This document shows positions 1-10,370 of a DNA stretch of 64,000 nt, in pieces; the first letter of the stretch is position 1; the number at the start of each line of letters is the position of its first letter. The stretch spans positions 20,180 through 84,179 of IMG/VR virus record IMGVR_UViG_3300005748_000132; one strand, 5' to 3'. This DNA comes from a virus (taxonomy: Duplodnaviria > Heunggongvirae > Uroviricota > Caudoviricetes). A model generated the notes under the pieces. That model did no database searches. It saw only the letters and a program-made list of their open reading frames with translations, and was not told the origin of the DNA. The translations under genes were made by a program, and so were the position numbers.

Positions 1-1185
1 GGTGAGATATATATAACTTATTCCGGTACACCTGATGCAACAACTTTGGATATAAATTTACCTTTTACTGTAGATACAGCTAAATTAGCTTCTACCGAAA
101 GACCTCTGGGTAAGGTTAGGGTAAATGACGCATCTCAAGGGAACGTTTTTGGGGTCTTAGAACTATCTCCAGTAGATGACGGTAAAGTTAGACCTTTGTT
201 ACCTTCTTTTGATTCAGACGAAAGTAGTAACGTGCTATACACTATCACTAATAACTGGAATGGAGCAGGTACAAATCGAACTATAGTTTCAGGAGACGAA
301 GTTTATATAAGTTTTGAAGATGTACCCATTCAAGGCTGGTCATCAAACGCAGTAAGCTCAGAAGACTTCGGTAGTAGAGAGATAGTAGTAGAAGGTGCAG
401 GTAACGGTGGTACTTCTATCACAGCAAACGTAACTGACATAGACTTCACTGAAACTAGAGACACAACTTCTAGCTGGAATGGTACTCAGTTTACTGCTCC
501 TGAGAGTGGTGATTATTTGGTAAATGGGTCATTGAATATTACAATATCTACAGCCCTTTCAATATATGCCTACATTAACGGGACTCAAGATAAAAGAATA
601 AAGTTGACAAGGTCAGCAGTAATACATGATTTTTCAAATACTATATATTTAGAAAAAGGTGACATGTTATCGTTAAGGTCATCGCAAACAGTAACATTAT
701 CTAATGTCGTAGATTCTCACCACATACACATTGCTAAACTAGCGTCACCGCAGACTATACTTGAGGCTGAGACTGTGGCTTTTAGAGCTACTTCAGATAG
801 TGGTCAGAGCATACCAAATTCTACAGCAACTACAGTTGTATTTGAAGATGTAGAGTTCGACACACATGGAGCCTATGATAATACTACAGGAGAATATGAA
901 GCACCTACATCAGGCTATTACCAAATAAACTCCAACATTACTTATGATAACTTTAGTTCTGATTCAGGATTGTACACATTAAGAATTGTAGTAGACGGTG
1001 TTGAGAATACAAGATTTGCTCAAACAATCCAAAGAGGTACATTACAAGTTGCTACATTATCGTCTGTTGTTTACCTTAGTAAAGGTCAAGTTATCAAGAT
1101 AGATACTTCGCAAAGTAACGGAGGAAGTAGGACTTTTTCTAGTAATAGTAAAGATGTAACATTTTCTTTAGTTAAAATTAAATAG
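1..1185 (+). CDS. tail fibre-like structural protein (5' partial; reading frame open to window start)
   Basis: Track ORF 46..1185; frame 1 has no stop back to nt 1 so the gene likely starts upstream. S/T/N/G-rich, beta-rich composition. Two internally similar ~150-aa halves (…SWNGTQFTAPESGDYLVNGSLNI… and …YDNTTGEYEAPTSGYYQINSNITYD…). Confidence 0.45.
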   Translation, partial: GEIYITYSGTPDATTLDINLPFTVDTAKLASTERPLGKVRVNDASQGNVFGVLELSPVDDGKVRPLLPSFDSDESSNVLYTITNNWNGAGTNRTIVSGDEVYISFEDVPIQGWSSNAVSSEDFGSREIVVEGAGNGGTSITANVTDIDFTETRDTTSSWNGTQFTAPESGDYLVNGSLNITISTALSIYAYINGTQDKRIKLTRSAVIHDFSNTIYLEKGDMLSLRSSQTVTLSNVVDSHHIHIAKLASPQTILEAETVAFRATSDSGQSIPNSTATTVVFEDVEFDTHGAYDNTTGEYEAPTSGYYQINSNITYDNFSSDSGLYTLRIVVDGVENTRFAQTIQRGTLQVATLSSVVYLSKGQVIKIDTSQSNGGSRTFSSNSKDVTFSLVKIK

Positions 1186-1193
1186 GATATAAC

Positions 1194-1658
1194 ATGATAA
1201 AAGTAACTATAACAAACCAATTAACAAACTATTCCTGTGGTAGTAAATTCTCTACCCTAGAAGAAGCTCAGGTTTACATCAACAAGCAAACATCTAAGTT
1301 AAAGCACCCTATGGGTAAACCTGAACGCTACGTAAAAACCGAGGAGCTTCCTGTAGAATTACAAGATAGGGTTCTTAGTGTCCGAAACGTAGATATAACT
1401 GATGATGAAGGAAACGTAGTAGAAACTTACGAAGAGTCACTGGTTAAAGCTGACTACGTAGTTGTAACAGAAGACTTGTCTCAAGATACCGATTACCTTC
1501 TTCAAGAGTGTCTACGAAATCGTCAAAGAGAATATGCTAAACTAGATAACTTACTCAAAGAAGCTTTAGTAGAAAAAGAGCTAGGTGACTCTACTAAGTG
1601 GGATGAGTACGTAGTGTTGAGAAACCAAGTTAAAACTAATTACCCTAAACCAGAATAA
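1194..1658 (+). CDS. hypothetical protein (154 aa)
   Basis: ORF with upstream AGGA-type SD (aaataggatataacATG); no recognisable motifs. Confidence 0.5.
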   Translation: MIKVTITNQLTNYSCGSKFSTLEEAQVYINKQTSKLKHPMGKPERYVKTEELPVELQDRVLSVRNVDITDDEGNVVETYEESLVKADYVVVTEDLSQDTDYLLQECLRNRQREYAKLDNLLKEALVEKELGDSTKWDEYVVLRNQVKTNYPKPE

Positions 1659-1669
1659 GGATATATAAA

Positions 1670-2728
1670 ATGGCAGTAGTAACATTACCTTCAATTGAGA
1701 AAGGAACTCCAGCAACAATAACTATGACTCTAGCTGATTTATTTGCTTTAGTCGGAACTCCTTTTTATACAGACACAGACAACCTTCGAGAAATCAAGGT
1801 ACTATATAAGTCTACTGTAAATAGTCAAAAAGCAGTAGTAAGGTTTACTGATTTATCAGGAGCTACTACTCAGGGAACTTTGCTTCTTGACACTACAGCC
1901 GACGACACATTTCAAGTTCAGAGAGTAATTATTCGCGATAAACAAAATGGTAAATTTAAGGTAGAAAGAGCTGAATTAAATACTGTAGAGTTTGATTTTA
2001 CAGCTAGTGACCCTGTTTCTGGAACACTATCTGTAGACTTCTTAAATACTGACCAATACTTAGCAGGTTTTGACGGAGAGTTCGTTGACGATATAGTTTC
2101 TTTTAACGTATGGATGAAAGTTGATAGTTCTCTAGACTCTACTGACCTTCATAGAGCTTTGATCGCAGTTAATAAAGATGGAGCTAAGACTGTAGGTTTC
2201 ACTAGAGATTCAGGTACATTAAAATTTGTAGTTGACGACGGAGGAGCAGGTAAATTCTATAACTTTGGTAATATTTCTGAAATAGCAGCAGATACTTGGA
2301 GGATGGTGACTCTAGTGTCAAAACAATCGGCAGGAACTACTGATGTTTACCTAGATGGATCTTTATTGTTCCAAGCTTCAGCTCCATTTCACCAAGAATC
2401 TTATGACTTAATATTTACAGACGTTTCTGGACTGGTTCCTGACAATACTTTTATAAATACTCAGAAAGTATCGGATATCGCAGTTTTCAATAAGGAACTT
2501 TTATCAGGTGAAATCACGACACTATACAATTCTAGAAGTTATGTAAACCCTCAAAGTTCAGGTATATCTAATTTGGTTCATCACTACGACTTTAATGGTG
2601 ATAACGGAACCACTACGACTACAGTTCCTGACTTAGTAGGAGCTAAAGACCTTACAGTTTTTGACGGAGGTACAGGATTAGCTACTACAATGACACTAGA
2701 TGCTGAAGGAGTAGACGGAGAATCTTAA
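1670..2728 (+). CDS. virion structural protein, fibre/adhesin-like (352 aa)
   Basis: SD aaggatatataaaATG; T/S/D/G-rich beta-type composition; sits in the structural block. Confidence 0.45.
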   Translation: MAVVTLPSIEKGTPATITMTLADLFALVGTPFYTDTDNLREIKVLYKSTVNSQKAVVRFTDLSGATTQGTLLLDTTADDTFQVQRVIIRDKQNGKFKVERAELNTVEFDFTASDPVSGTLSVDFLNTDQYLAGFDGEFVDDIVSFNVWMKVDSSLDSTDLHRALIAVNKDGAKTVGFTRDSGTLKFVVDDGGAGKFYNFGNISEIAADTWRMVTLVSKQSAGTTDVYLDGSLLFQASAPFHQESYDLIFTDVSGLVPDNTFINTQKVSDIAVFNKELLSGEITTLYNSRSYVNPQSSGISNLVHHYDFNGDNGTTTTTVPDLVGAKDLTVFDGGTGLATTMTLDAEGVDGES

Positions 2729-2910
2729 TGAAGCATTTATTAAACTGTAGAAGAACATTCATATCATTTACTGCTGTAGTAATTCTAGGAGTAGCCTTAC
2801 TTCAAGGTCACGATACAGCAATGGCTTTAGCTGGAGTAGCTGCTTCATTGAGTGGAGCAAATGCTTTTGAAAAATCGAAAAAACCTCTTGACAAAAGTAA
2901 GGAATCGTGA
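2728..2910 (+). CDS. small membrane protein (60 aa)
   Basis: TAATG stop/start overlap with upstream gene; one hydrophobic TM segment (FISFTAVVILGVALLQG). Confidence 0.4.
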   Translation: MKHLLNCRRTFISFTAVVILGVALLQGHDTAMALAGVAASLSGANAFEKSKKPLDKSKES

Positions 2911-2914
2911 TACA

Positions 2915-3178
2915 ATGCAAGATGATATAAAACAAGCTCAAAACGCATTACTTAAAATAGCTCAGTTGAAATACCAACCTGCTATAGAAAAACAAGGTAA
3001 AAAGTTGTTAAATAAAACTGGCATTGACGAAGAAAACGTAGCAAGATTAGCTGCTTTAGCTAGGTTAGCAGCAGAAGGTGAGTTAGAAGTTGGTACTAAT
3101 TTAGGTGGGATAGACGTTGGTGCTAAACTTAGTCCAGAAGAAAAAGCAATTAAATTTGGATATAAAACAGGATTCTAA
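2915..3178 (+). CDS. hypothetical protein (track ORF 2852..3178; probable true start at ATG 2915)
   Basis: Track start 2852 overlaps the previous ORF by 59 nt. The ATG at 2915 follows the stop of 2728..2910 and has AAGGAA 9 nt upstream. TAATG overlap with the downstream gene start at 3178. Confidence 0.45.
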   Translation: MQDDIKQAQNALLKIAQLKYQPAIEKQGKKLLNKTGIDEENVARLAALARLAAEGELEVGTNLGGIDVGAKLSPEEKAIKFGYKTGF

Positions 3179-6100
3179 TGAGTTATAATAAGAAAAACGG
3201 TAAGTTAGATTTTAGAAACGTAAAGATGACTCAGTTTGATAGCTCTCAGACGAACAGAATGGAGTTCTCTGAGCTTCAGTCAGCTAAGAGGACACTACCT
3301 ACCAATACAATACTCAAAGACGCATATACGCATTTTAGACAGACATTAGACGGTGATAACAGACCTACCAAGGTTGACTATTACCAAGCTCTAGATTCTA
3401 CAATAGACAAGCTTACTTTCAGAGCAGATTCAGGAGGAGATTTAGCAGGAACTTATTACATTCTTACTAATAACCTTGACGGTAAAACCTACGCTATATA
3501 TCAAGTAGTGTCGGGGTCGGGTTCAGCTCCCGGAGTTGCTGATGTAGAAATAGCGGCTACTTATAATAATAACGATTCTGCGACACTAGTAGCTTTTGCA
3601 AATAAGCAAGCTCTAGCTAATATCACAGATATACGAATAACTTATTCTGGAATACTTTCAGACTTTGTTGAAATAGAATATTTACAATTTGGCGACACTC
3701 CAGTTATTGATTTAGGTACTACAGGGTTTACTGTATCTAGAACAAAAGAAGGCGAGAGTTACTTAGTTACTAGTGTAGAATTAGAGTACGATTCTGATGG
3801 GAATATTATATGGCAAGAGGAACTTCTTAAAAACGCTGTATATGACCCTTACACAGCTTCATTTAACTTCCCTACAAAAGCTGCAATAACTGATGAGAAT
3901 GGTAATCCTTACGGACCAGACAATCCTTTATCGGTACAACTTAGTGATGGTAGTGTTAATATTGGTACGGTAAACGCTGAGTTAGAAGTACAACTTTCAC
4001 ATTTAGATAACGATCCTGATGCTGGTGATATCCATGATTCAGTTAGAATTGGAGATGGAGTTGAAGAACTTGCTATAAATACAGATAGTGAAGCTTTGGT
4101 TCACGACCAAGATACTCACGATAAGTTAGATATTTTAAATACTTCTGTAAACGATCAATCTGACGAAACTCAAACTATACTTCAGGCTGAGTTTGATGAG
4201 ACTCAGGTAGCAATTATAAACAATACTAATACTCTAGAAAATACACTAGAGCAGATTGATGATAACTTAGATGCTGAATTTCAAACTACAAGAGATTTGT
4301 TACAGTCAGAGTTCGATGAAACTCAAGTAAATCAAGATGAACAATTAGCTGAGACTCAAGGTTTTAGATCGGACATGAATAATCAACATGACGAAACTCA
4401 GAATAAACTAGATCAACTTATCACTAACTTTACTGATGTAGTAGATTTCAATAATACTACCACCACACCTCTCGGAGCAGGAGCTACTTTTACTGGAATA
4501 GGTACTGATATACTCGGATATGCTCAGATTAATATAAATTACTACGCAGATCAAGATGCTGATGCTGATGGCATTGAATTCCAATTCTCACATAACAACG
4601 TAGATTGGTTCAAAGGAACTCCTGAATATAATTACCAAACAGGTCAGTATAGAACTTTTCAACTAGGTATATATGGTAGATATTTTAGAGTAGTTTATAC
4701 TAATGGAGTAACTGCTCAGTCTGAAATTAGTATAGAAACATTACTTTTAACTAAGATATCACATGTATCTGTTCATAGAGTGGATAGTTCTATAACAGAT
4801 GATAGATCGGTACAAGTAGTAAAATCTATTAACACAGCTAGACAACCTGACGGTGATTATATAAACGCTAAAGCAGACGGAATAGCAGTAGATATCGATA
4901 ATAACTCTATAAAGACTAGTTCACCTTTAGGAGTTAGTGGGATTTACGAATCGGGATGGATTGATTCTGATGGATATAAGTCTATTGAAATATCAATACA
5001 GTCAGATGTAGCAAGTGATATAGATGGTATAGTTGTAGAATTCACAGATGATGCAAACGCGACTACTCCTACTGTCATATCTACTCAAACATTTACATTC
5101 TCAGTTAAAGATGTAGAGGCTGGACAACTTACTCTGTATTTACCACCTAGATTAGATGGATATCGAATTAGATACATAAATGGCATAGCTGCTCAGACTA
5201 CTTTTGAACTAGAGTCTACACTTAGAACAGCTTCTGTACAGCCTATATCATTACCTATAGCGAGTCCTATAGTTGATAGTACTAATGCTGAAGTGATTAG
5301 GACAGTATTAGCTGGTAATAAAGTAGACTCTAACCTTGAACCTACTGAGTTTTATGGAAATGCTGAAGTAACCTCTAATAACTCATTAAAAACTCAATCT
5401 GTTCATGAAGTAATTTTTAAATATGCTACCCCGGATGACCCTTCTTTACCAAGCGGAGTTGGTATAACAGTAGATCCTGTACTAAATCCTGAACCAAATG
5501 TAATAGATTCAGGATGGATAGCTGTTAGAGAATTTAAAACTCAGGATTTCCATATATTAAGTAACCAGTCTGTTAAAGTATTTTTATTAAATGCAAGTGA
5601 TTCTTTAGGTAATAATATACAAGGTGGTAATGAACCTAATTTGGTAACTATTTCTGATTCACCAGCCTCTGTAGCTGCTAGATTTTTTGATGACTATTTT
5701 AGAGTAATTATATGCAATGAATCTGGTTCTTCGGTTACTGAAATAACTGCTAGGTCAACAGGTGGTAACGGCACTATACAACCAGTAGATATATCAATAG
5801 ACCAGCCTGTTTTTGGTTTCTTTCCTGCTCCTCTTACTCAAAATGTTTCTAAAGGTAAGAACCCTGATGATGTATACGAAGCTCTTAGAATTCAAGGTCA
5901 ACATAGTCCTAACACAACATCTACACTTCTTAACGGAAACACTGGAGGTACAGATCATATATTTACAGGAGAATGGTTCGAGTGGGAGAAGAATTATATA
6001 AAACTGAGTTTAGCTTTGAAGTCAGATCAATCAGGTACTGTTTACGTAGATTTTTCACAGGAAGATTCCCCTACTAATGGTGACAACTCTTCCGTAGACA

Positions 6101-7833
6101 GTTCTATAATGGTCTCATATTCAACACCTAATCAGTTATTTAGAAGACAATACCCTTTACAATCTAAGTGGGTGAGAGTAAGATATGAAAATGGTTTAGC
6201 TGCTCAATCTACGTTTAATTTGACATCTTCTTTTTTGATAACAGATCCCGGACTAGTTACACAAGAAGTTCAGGTGATTCCAGAAAATAACAATTTGGCA
6301 GGTTTAAACAGGTCTATACAGACCATTAGAAATGCTTCAGGTACAGGCTTTCAAGATGTGCCAGTTAGAACTGATACAGGTAATCCTAAACATTCAATAG
6401 AAGAAATTCATGATGATGTACTACTTAAACCTCTTACCCAACCTAAGTTCACTCAAGTAAGTGTAGGTAATACTCCAGTAAGGTTAGATACATCTCCTCT
6501 ATCAGATAGGAGAGCTACTATAATTAAGAATAGTGGTTCTTTCTCGTGTGCTGTAGGTACGAGTAATACTATAACTTATAACTCAGAAAGTTATAGATTA
6601 CCTCCTGAAAGTCACGTAGTACTTCCTTTTAGTGAAGACGTAGAATATTGGGGAGTTGCTCAAGATACAGGAGGTACTCAAACCCTCTTAACAAGAAGTG
6701 GAGCTTCTACTTCAGGTACAGTAACTACTCCTAATAACGCATTAACTAGTAACGGTTCTAGAGCTATTATGGACGCTACTGGAGAGACTTTAGAAGTATC
6801 AGGTTTTACAGCAGGTACTACTAATGATATATTATCCGTTACCTTAGGTGCTGAAATGCGTAAAGAAGCTGGTCAGTTTGAAACAGCAGCTTGGGTAGAT
6901 ACTGTCGGTCAAGATGTAGGAAACGTAGGAAGTATCACTTCTCCTACAGTCACAGCTAATGAAGATCATTTATATATAGTTTCAGTTTCGACTAACGAAC
7001 CGGGTACTACTGTTACAGGTATTTCTAATACTATGGGATTTGATGAATATACTATAGCCGATATAGGTGATATCTTAGTAGGAGATTCAAATACAGCAGG
7101 TGGGGATAGTGCTGAATCTAGAACTCATATGTTCAGAATGACAGGTACTCCAACTTCAAACGGTACTATTACAGTAACCTTCTCAGAGACAGCAGGTCAC
7201 GCGGTAATCGCAGTTACTAGAATTTCAGGAGCAGATCTAGCAGACCCTATAGATTCGATAGATGTAGATAATGATAACAATCAAACTAACTACTCAGGAA
7301 CTTTAACTTCAGCGACCAACGGAGGATTGTATATCGGTGCTTTCGGTTCGGAGATTGAAACTCATCAAACAGCCACTACTCCTACAGGTGCAATAGAAAG
7401 GTTCCAAGATGGTTCGACTACAAATAACAATCAGACTCAAGCTATTGTAACTGCTAGTATAACAAGCACAGGTTCCTTAGGGTACTCAGGTTCTTATTCA
7501 GGAGGTAATGATATCTCTTATGTCGTAGCAGCAATTAAACCATCAGAGGCAAATAACCCTATAGTTAATCTAAATTACGAACTAAGTGCGATAGCTGGAA
7601 CTACTTCTCAATCTTATGAGCTTACAAATACTTCAGATACTAATTACGAATTAGATATATCATCAGATAGAGCTTGGGTGTTTTCAGACATAGCTAATAT
7701 TACTGTCATTTTAGACGGAAGTTCTATATCAGCCGCAGCAGCAGAGATTGATTATGTATATATTGAAATAATAGATTCTACAGGTAATGTTACAATAGTC
7801 TGTTTAATTCAAGGCGGAGAAGAGTTATTATGA
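3178..7833 (+). CDS. giant fibre/structural protein (1551 aa) with repeated domains
   Basis: Long uninterrupted ORF. Three paralogous ~130-aa segments each end in …Y/R-x-NG-[VIL]-[TA]-AQ-[ST]-x-F-[EN]-L (aa ~470-520, ~600-690, ~960-1020). Repeated AEFDETQV/SEFDETQV/HDETQ motifs. T/S/N/G-rich. Confidence 0.55.
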   Translation: MSYNKKNGKLDFRNVKMTQFDSSQTNRMEFSELQSAKRTLPTNTILKDAYTHFRQTLDGDNRPTKVDYYQALDSTIDKLTFRADSGGDLAGTYYILTNNLDGKTYAIYQVVSGSGSAPGVADVEIAATYNNNDSATLVAFANKQALANITDIRITYSGILSDFVEIEYLQFGDTPVIDLGTTGFTVSRTKEGESYLVTSVELEYDSDGNIIWQEELLKNAVYDPYTASFNFPTKAAITDENGNPYGPDNPLSVQLSDGSVNIGTVNAELEVQLSHLDNDPDAGDIHDSVRIGDGVEELAINTDSEALVHDQDTHDKLDILNTSVNDQSDETQTILQAEFDETQVAIINNTNTLENTLEQIDDNLDAEFQTTRDLLQSEFDETQVNQDEQLAETQGFRSDMNNQHDETQNKLDQLITNFTDVVDFNNTTTTPLGAGATFTGIGTDILGYAQININYYADQDADADGIEFQFSHNNVDWFKGTPEYNYQTGQYRTFQLGIYGRYFRVVYTNGVTAQSEISIETLLLTKISHVSVHRVDSSITDDRSVQVVKSINTARQPDGDYINAKADGIAVDIDNNSIKTSSPLGVSGIYESGWIDSDGYKSIEISIQSDVASDIDGIVVEFTDDANATTPTVISTQTFTFSVKDVEAGQLTLYLPPRLDGYRIRYINGIAAQTTFELESTLRTASVQPISLPIASPIVDSTNAEVIRTVLAGNKVDSNLEPTEFYGNAEVTSNNSLKTQSVHEVIFKYATPDDPSLPSGVGITVDPVLNPEPNVIDSGWIAVREFKTQDFHILSNQSVKVFLLNASDSLGNNIQGGNEPNLVTISDSPASVAARFFDDYFRVIICNESGSSVTEITARSTGGNGTIQPVDISIDQPVFGFFPAPLTQNVSKGKNPDDVYEALRIQGQHSPNTTSTLLNGNTGGTDHIFTGEWFEWEKNYIKLSLALKSDQSGTVYVDFSQEDSPTNGDNSSVDSSIMVSYSTPNQLFRRQYPLQSKWVRVRYENGLAAQSTFNLTSSFLITDPGLVTQEVQVIPENNNLAGLNRSIQTIRNASGTGFQDVPVRTDTGNPKHSIEEIHDDVLLKPLTQPKFTQVSVGNTPVRLDTSPLSDRRATIIKNSGSFSCAVGTSNTITYNSESYRLPPESHVVLPFSEDVEYWGVAQDTGGTQTLLTRSGASTSGTVTTPNNALTSNGSRAIMDATGETLEVSGFTAGTTNDILSVTLGAEMRKEAGQFETAAWVDTVGQDVGNVGSITSPTVTANEDHLYIVSVSTNEPGTTVTGISNTMGFDEYTIADIGDILVGDSNTAGGDSAESRTHMFRMTGTPTSNGTITVTFSETAGHAVIAVTRISGADLADPIDSIDVDNDNNQTNYSGTLTSATNGGLYIGAFGSEIETHQTATTPTGAIERFQDGSTTNNNQTQAIVTASITSTGSLGYSGSYSGGNDISYVVAAIKPSEANNPIVNLNYELSAIAGTTSQSYELTNTSDTNYELDISSDRAWVFSDIANITVILDGSSISAAAAEIDYVYIEIIDSTGNVTIVCLIQGGEELL

Positions 7834-8264
7834 TACGTTACTTCAGTGGAGGACAAGGGGTTGACCCTACTAAATATGTAACTTTAGTTTACGCAGAAGC
7901 TCAAGCTACAGCTAATACGACTACTAGTTCAGGAACTCCTTCTTTGTTGAATGGTATGACTTTGACCCCTTTAGAAGGTGTTTATCAAGTATGGTTTAGT
8001 GCTTCAAATGAAAACACAGGAGCTGGTTTATTTAATACTCCAGAGGAGACTATATTTCAAGTGTATGTAGATGGAGTAGCTGTAGGGCACAGTAGAAGGG
8101 AAAATACAGCAGGTGATGGAGGTAGAAGTAGAGGAGTAGCTATTAATTGTAGAGTTGAAGTAGATGGAACTCAAGATGTAGAAGTTAGATGGTCAGTGAC
8201 AGGTGGTACAGCTACTTGTTTTGAAAGAACTTTATCAGTATTCAAACTAGCGGATTCAACATGA
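7830..8264 (+). CDS. hypothetical virion protein (144 aa)
   Basis: ATGA stop/start overlap with the upstream giant gene; beta-rich. Confidence 0.45.
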   Translation: MIRYFSGGQGVDPTKYVTLVYAEAQATANTTTSSGTPSLLNGMTLTPLEGVYQVWFSASNENTGAGLFNTPEETIFQVYVDGVAVGHSRRENTAGDGGRSRGVAINCRVEVDGTQDVEVRWSVTGGTATCFERTLSVFKLADST

Positions 8265-8605
8265 TATTACAATGGAAAGAGTATGTTATAAACTTAAGTC
8301 TTTTTGATGAATGGTTACGAGAAAACCAACCAAAAACAGATGGGTTAGTAGCTACAAAAGACGAACTTACTGTGGTGGAAATCGAAGCATTAACTCCAGA
8401 AGAAGTGCAACAAATACAAGCTTATTATGATCAGTTGGATGAGCATGTTACAACTTACACAGAAAATGAACTGAGATTAGCAGTTACTGAAAAAAAACAA
8501 GAAATATTAATTAAAGATATTACAACACTAACTCAAGTAGAAAAAAAGATACTACTTAATATGGAATTAACAGAACAAGAGAAACACGACTTAGTAAATG
8601 AATAA
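8261..8605 (+). CDS. hypothetical protein (114 aa)
   Basis: ATGA overlap coupling; acidic helical protein. Confidence 0.4.
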   Translation: MILQWKEYVINLSLFDEWLRENQPKTDGLVATKDELTVVEIEALTPEEVQQIQAYYDQLDEHVTTYTENELRLAVTEKKQEILIKDITTLTQVEKKILLNMELTEQEKHDLVNE

Positions 8606-8613
8606 GGGATAAC

Positions 8614-9108
8614 ATGAGTGATTTAATGAAAAAAAGAAAAGAAGAACGTATAAGAAAAGAACTTGAGAGAAGAGCTGCTGGAGACAAATCCGTAAATCTA
8701 GCTAAAGGAGTATTGGACAAAGATATGTTAAAGGTTACTAATTTAAACAATACTCCAGATCCGAACGAGATTGTATATAAAGATAAAATACCTAATAAGA
8801 TCAACACTAAAGTACCTACAACAAAAGTACAAAGTGGTTCAGAGTGGGCTGAAAAAATAGCTAAGAAATTAGGTAGAGGTGCTAAAATGCTTCCTGTAGT
8901 AGGAGCTTTAGCTTCATTAGCTATGAATCCTGACGATGCTGCGGCAGCTATACCAGTTCTAGATAGTGCTGATAGTGTCGGAATGTCACCTTCAGATGAA
9001 GATCAAATGCTTGCCGAAACCGACGCTAGAATGAATTATGAAGATTCTCAAGCAGCTAAGGATAGATTAGCAGCATTGGCTAAGTTATCGAAATTAAAAG
9101 GTCAGTAG
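8614..9108 (+). CDS. hypothetical protein, basic N-terminus (164 aa)
   Basis: SD aagggataacATG; K/R-rich N-terminus and Ala-rich C-terminus. Confidence 0.45.
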   Translation: MSDLMKKRKEERIRKELERRAAGDKSVNLAKGVLDKDMLKVTNLNNTPDPNEIVYKDKIPNKINTKVPTTKVQSGSEWAEKIAKKLGRGAKMLPVVGALASLAMNPDDAAAAIPVLDSADSVGMSPSDEDQMLAETDARMNYEDSQAAKDRLAALAKLSKLKGQ

Positions 9109-9132
9109 TAAATAATACCAATATAGAACCTT

Positions 9133-9151
9133 TATATTGACAACTATATAT
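9133..9151 (+). promoter_or_regulatory. conserved 19-bp element TATATTGACAACTATATAT (copy 1), putative promoter
   Basis: Identical 19-mer recurs at 15032..15050. It contains a TTGACA -35 consensus. A TAAAAT lies 15 bp downstream. It sits 23 nt upstream of the ATG at 9175 in a 66-nt intergenic gap. Confidence 0.4.
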
Positions 9152-9174
9152 AGGAACTAAAATAGAGGTGTATA

Positions 9175-9387
9175 ATGAAAGATAAACTCAAAAGTAAACT
9201 AAGAGCTTTAAAAATGCTTGCAGAAGACGCTGAAGGGTGTATGGCTTCACCAGAAGAGATGGTAGGAGCAGAAGCTCCGGTTAAAGCTACTATTATGGCT
9301 GACTCGGAAGAAGGCTTGAAAGAAGCTGCTGAGAAACTTCCTGAAATTCTCAAAAAGAGTAAAAAATTACGTAAAAATCTTAAATAA
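9175..9387 (+). CDS. small hypothetical protein (70 aa)
   Basis: Strong SD GAGGTG 6 nt upstream; helical, K/E-rich. Confidence 0.45.
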   Translation: MKDKLKSKLRALKMLAEDAEGCMASPEEMVGAEAPVKATIMADSEEGLKEAAEKLPEILKKSKKLRKNLK

Positions 9388-9401
9388 TATTTGGAGGAAC
9401 A

Positions 9402-10370
9402 ATGCCTAGAGTATTAACTGGCGATCAACTTATTAAATCCGTCAGGAAGCGTACTACTGTACCTGATGACACTAGTTCCTTCACTGATACAGATATTTTA
9501 GAAACAATTGACGAGGAGCTTAATGTACAGGTTTTACCAACCCTATTGAAGCTTCACGCTGAACACTTAGTAGTTACTGTAGATGTCCCTAGAAACGCAT
9601 CTGGAACTTATGAGATACCTTATAGAGCCGTTGGTAATACTGTTAGAGACGTGTCGTTAATAAATGGTTCAAATACCTATGAATTAGCTCAGGTTAGTGT
9701 CGGAGCTTTACCTGATTATTCTAATCAAGTCAATACATCACAAGAACTTGACCTGTTTTATGTTGAGAGTAATAAAATTAAACTAGTTACTCCTAGCGTA
9801 GACTATAATTCTATTAGAATAAAATATCATCTAAGACCTAATTTTTTAACTAAAGTTGATAAAGCTGGTATTATTGACAGTATTGTCGCTGATACTGACG
9901 CTGATACACTAACTTTAACGCTATCTCAAGTAGGTAAAAACTTTAATGAGAATTGTTGTTACGACCTTGTTGGTGCTAGAACTCCTAATAAAATAAAAAA
10001 CTTTGATCTTACTCCAGATTCTTTGACAATTAGTAGCGTCGGAGGGACGGGTACAATAGTTTTCACCTTGTCTGACGTAGAAGATTACGCAGATCTTATA
10101 GTTGGAGATTATGTGACTATTGCTGAAGAAACTCCAGTACCAAACATACCTACAGAAATGCACCCTGTTTTAGCTCAGGGGGCAGCTATACAAGTTTTAG
10201 ATAGTTTGGGTGATTTTGAAGCCTTAGCTAGAGCAGAAAAAAGAATGATGGAAATGTCAGCAGCAACTCAAGGCTTAGTAGACGATAGAGTGGAACTTGC
10301 TCCAAAGAAGATACGACCTAGAAATGGTACGTTACAATCTAGGAGAGGAAGATATAGAGGAAATCGCTAA
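9402..10370 (+). CDS. virion structural protein (322 aa)
   Basis: SD GGAGGAACAATG; sits directly ahead of the 1403-aa structural gene with an ATGG/TAATG junction. Confidence 0.45.
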   Translation: MPRVLTGDQLIKSVRKRTTVPDDTSSFTDTDILETIDEELNVQVLPTLLKLHAEHLVVTVDVPRNASGTYEIPYRAVGNTVRDVSLINGSNTYELAQVSVGALPDYSNQVNTSQELDLFYVESNKIKLVTPSVDYNSIRIKYHLRPNFLTKVDKAGIIDSIVADTDADTLTLTLSQVGKNFNENCCYDLVGARTPNKIKNFDLTPDSLTISSVGGTGTIVFTLSDVEDYADLIVGDYVTIAEETPVPNIPTEMHPVLAQGAAIQVLDSLGDFEALARAEKRMMEMSAATQGLVDDRVELAPKKIRPRNGTLQSRRGRYRGNR

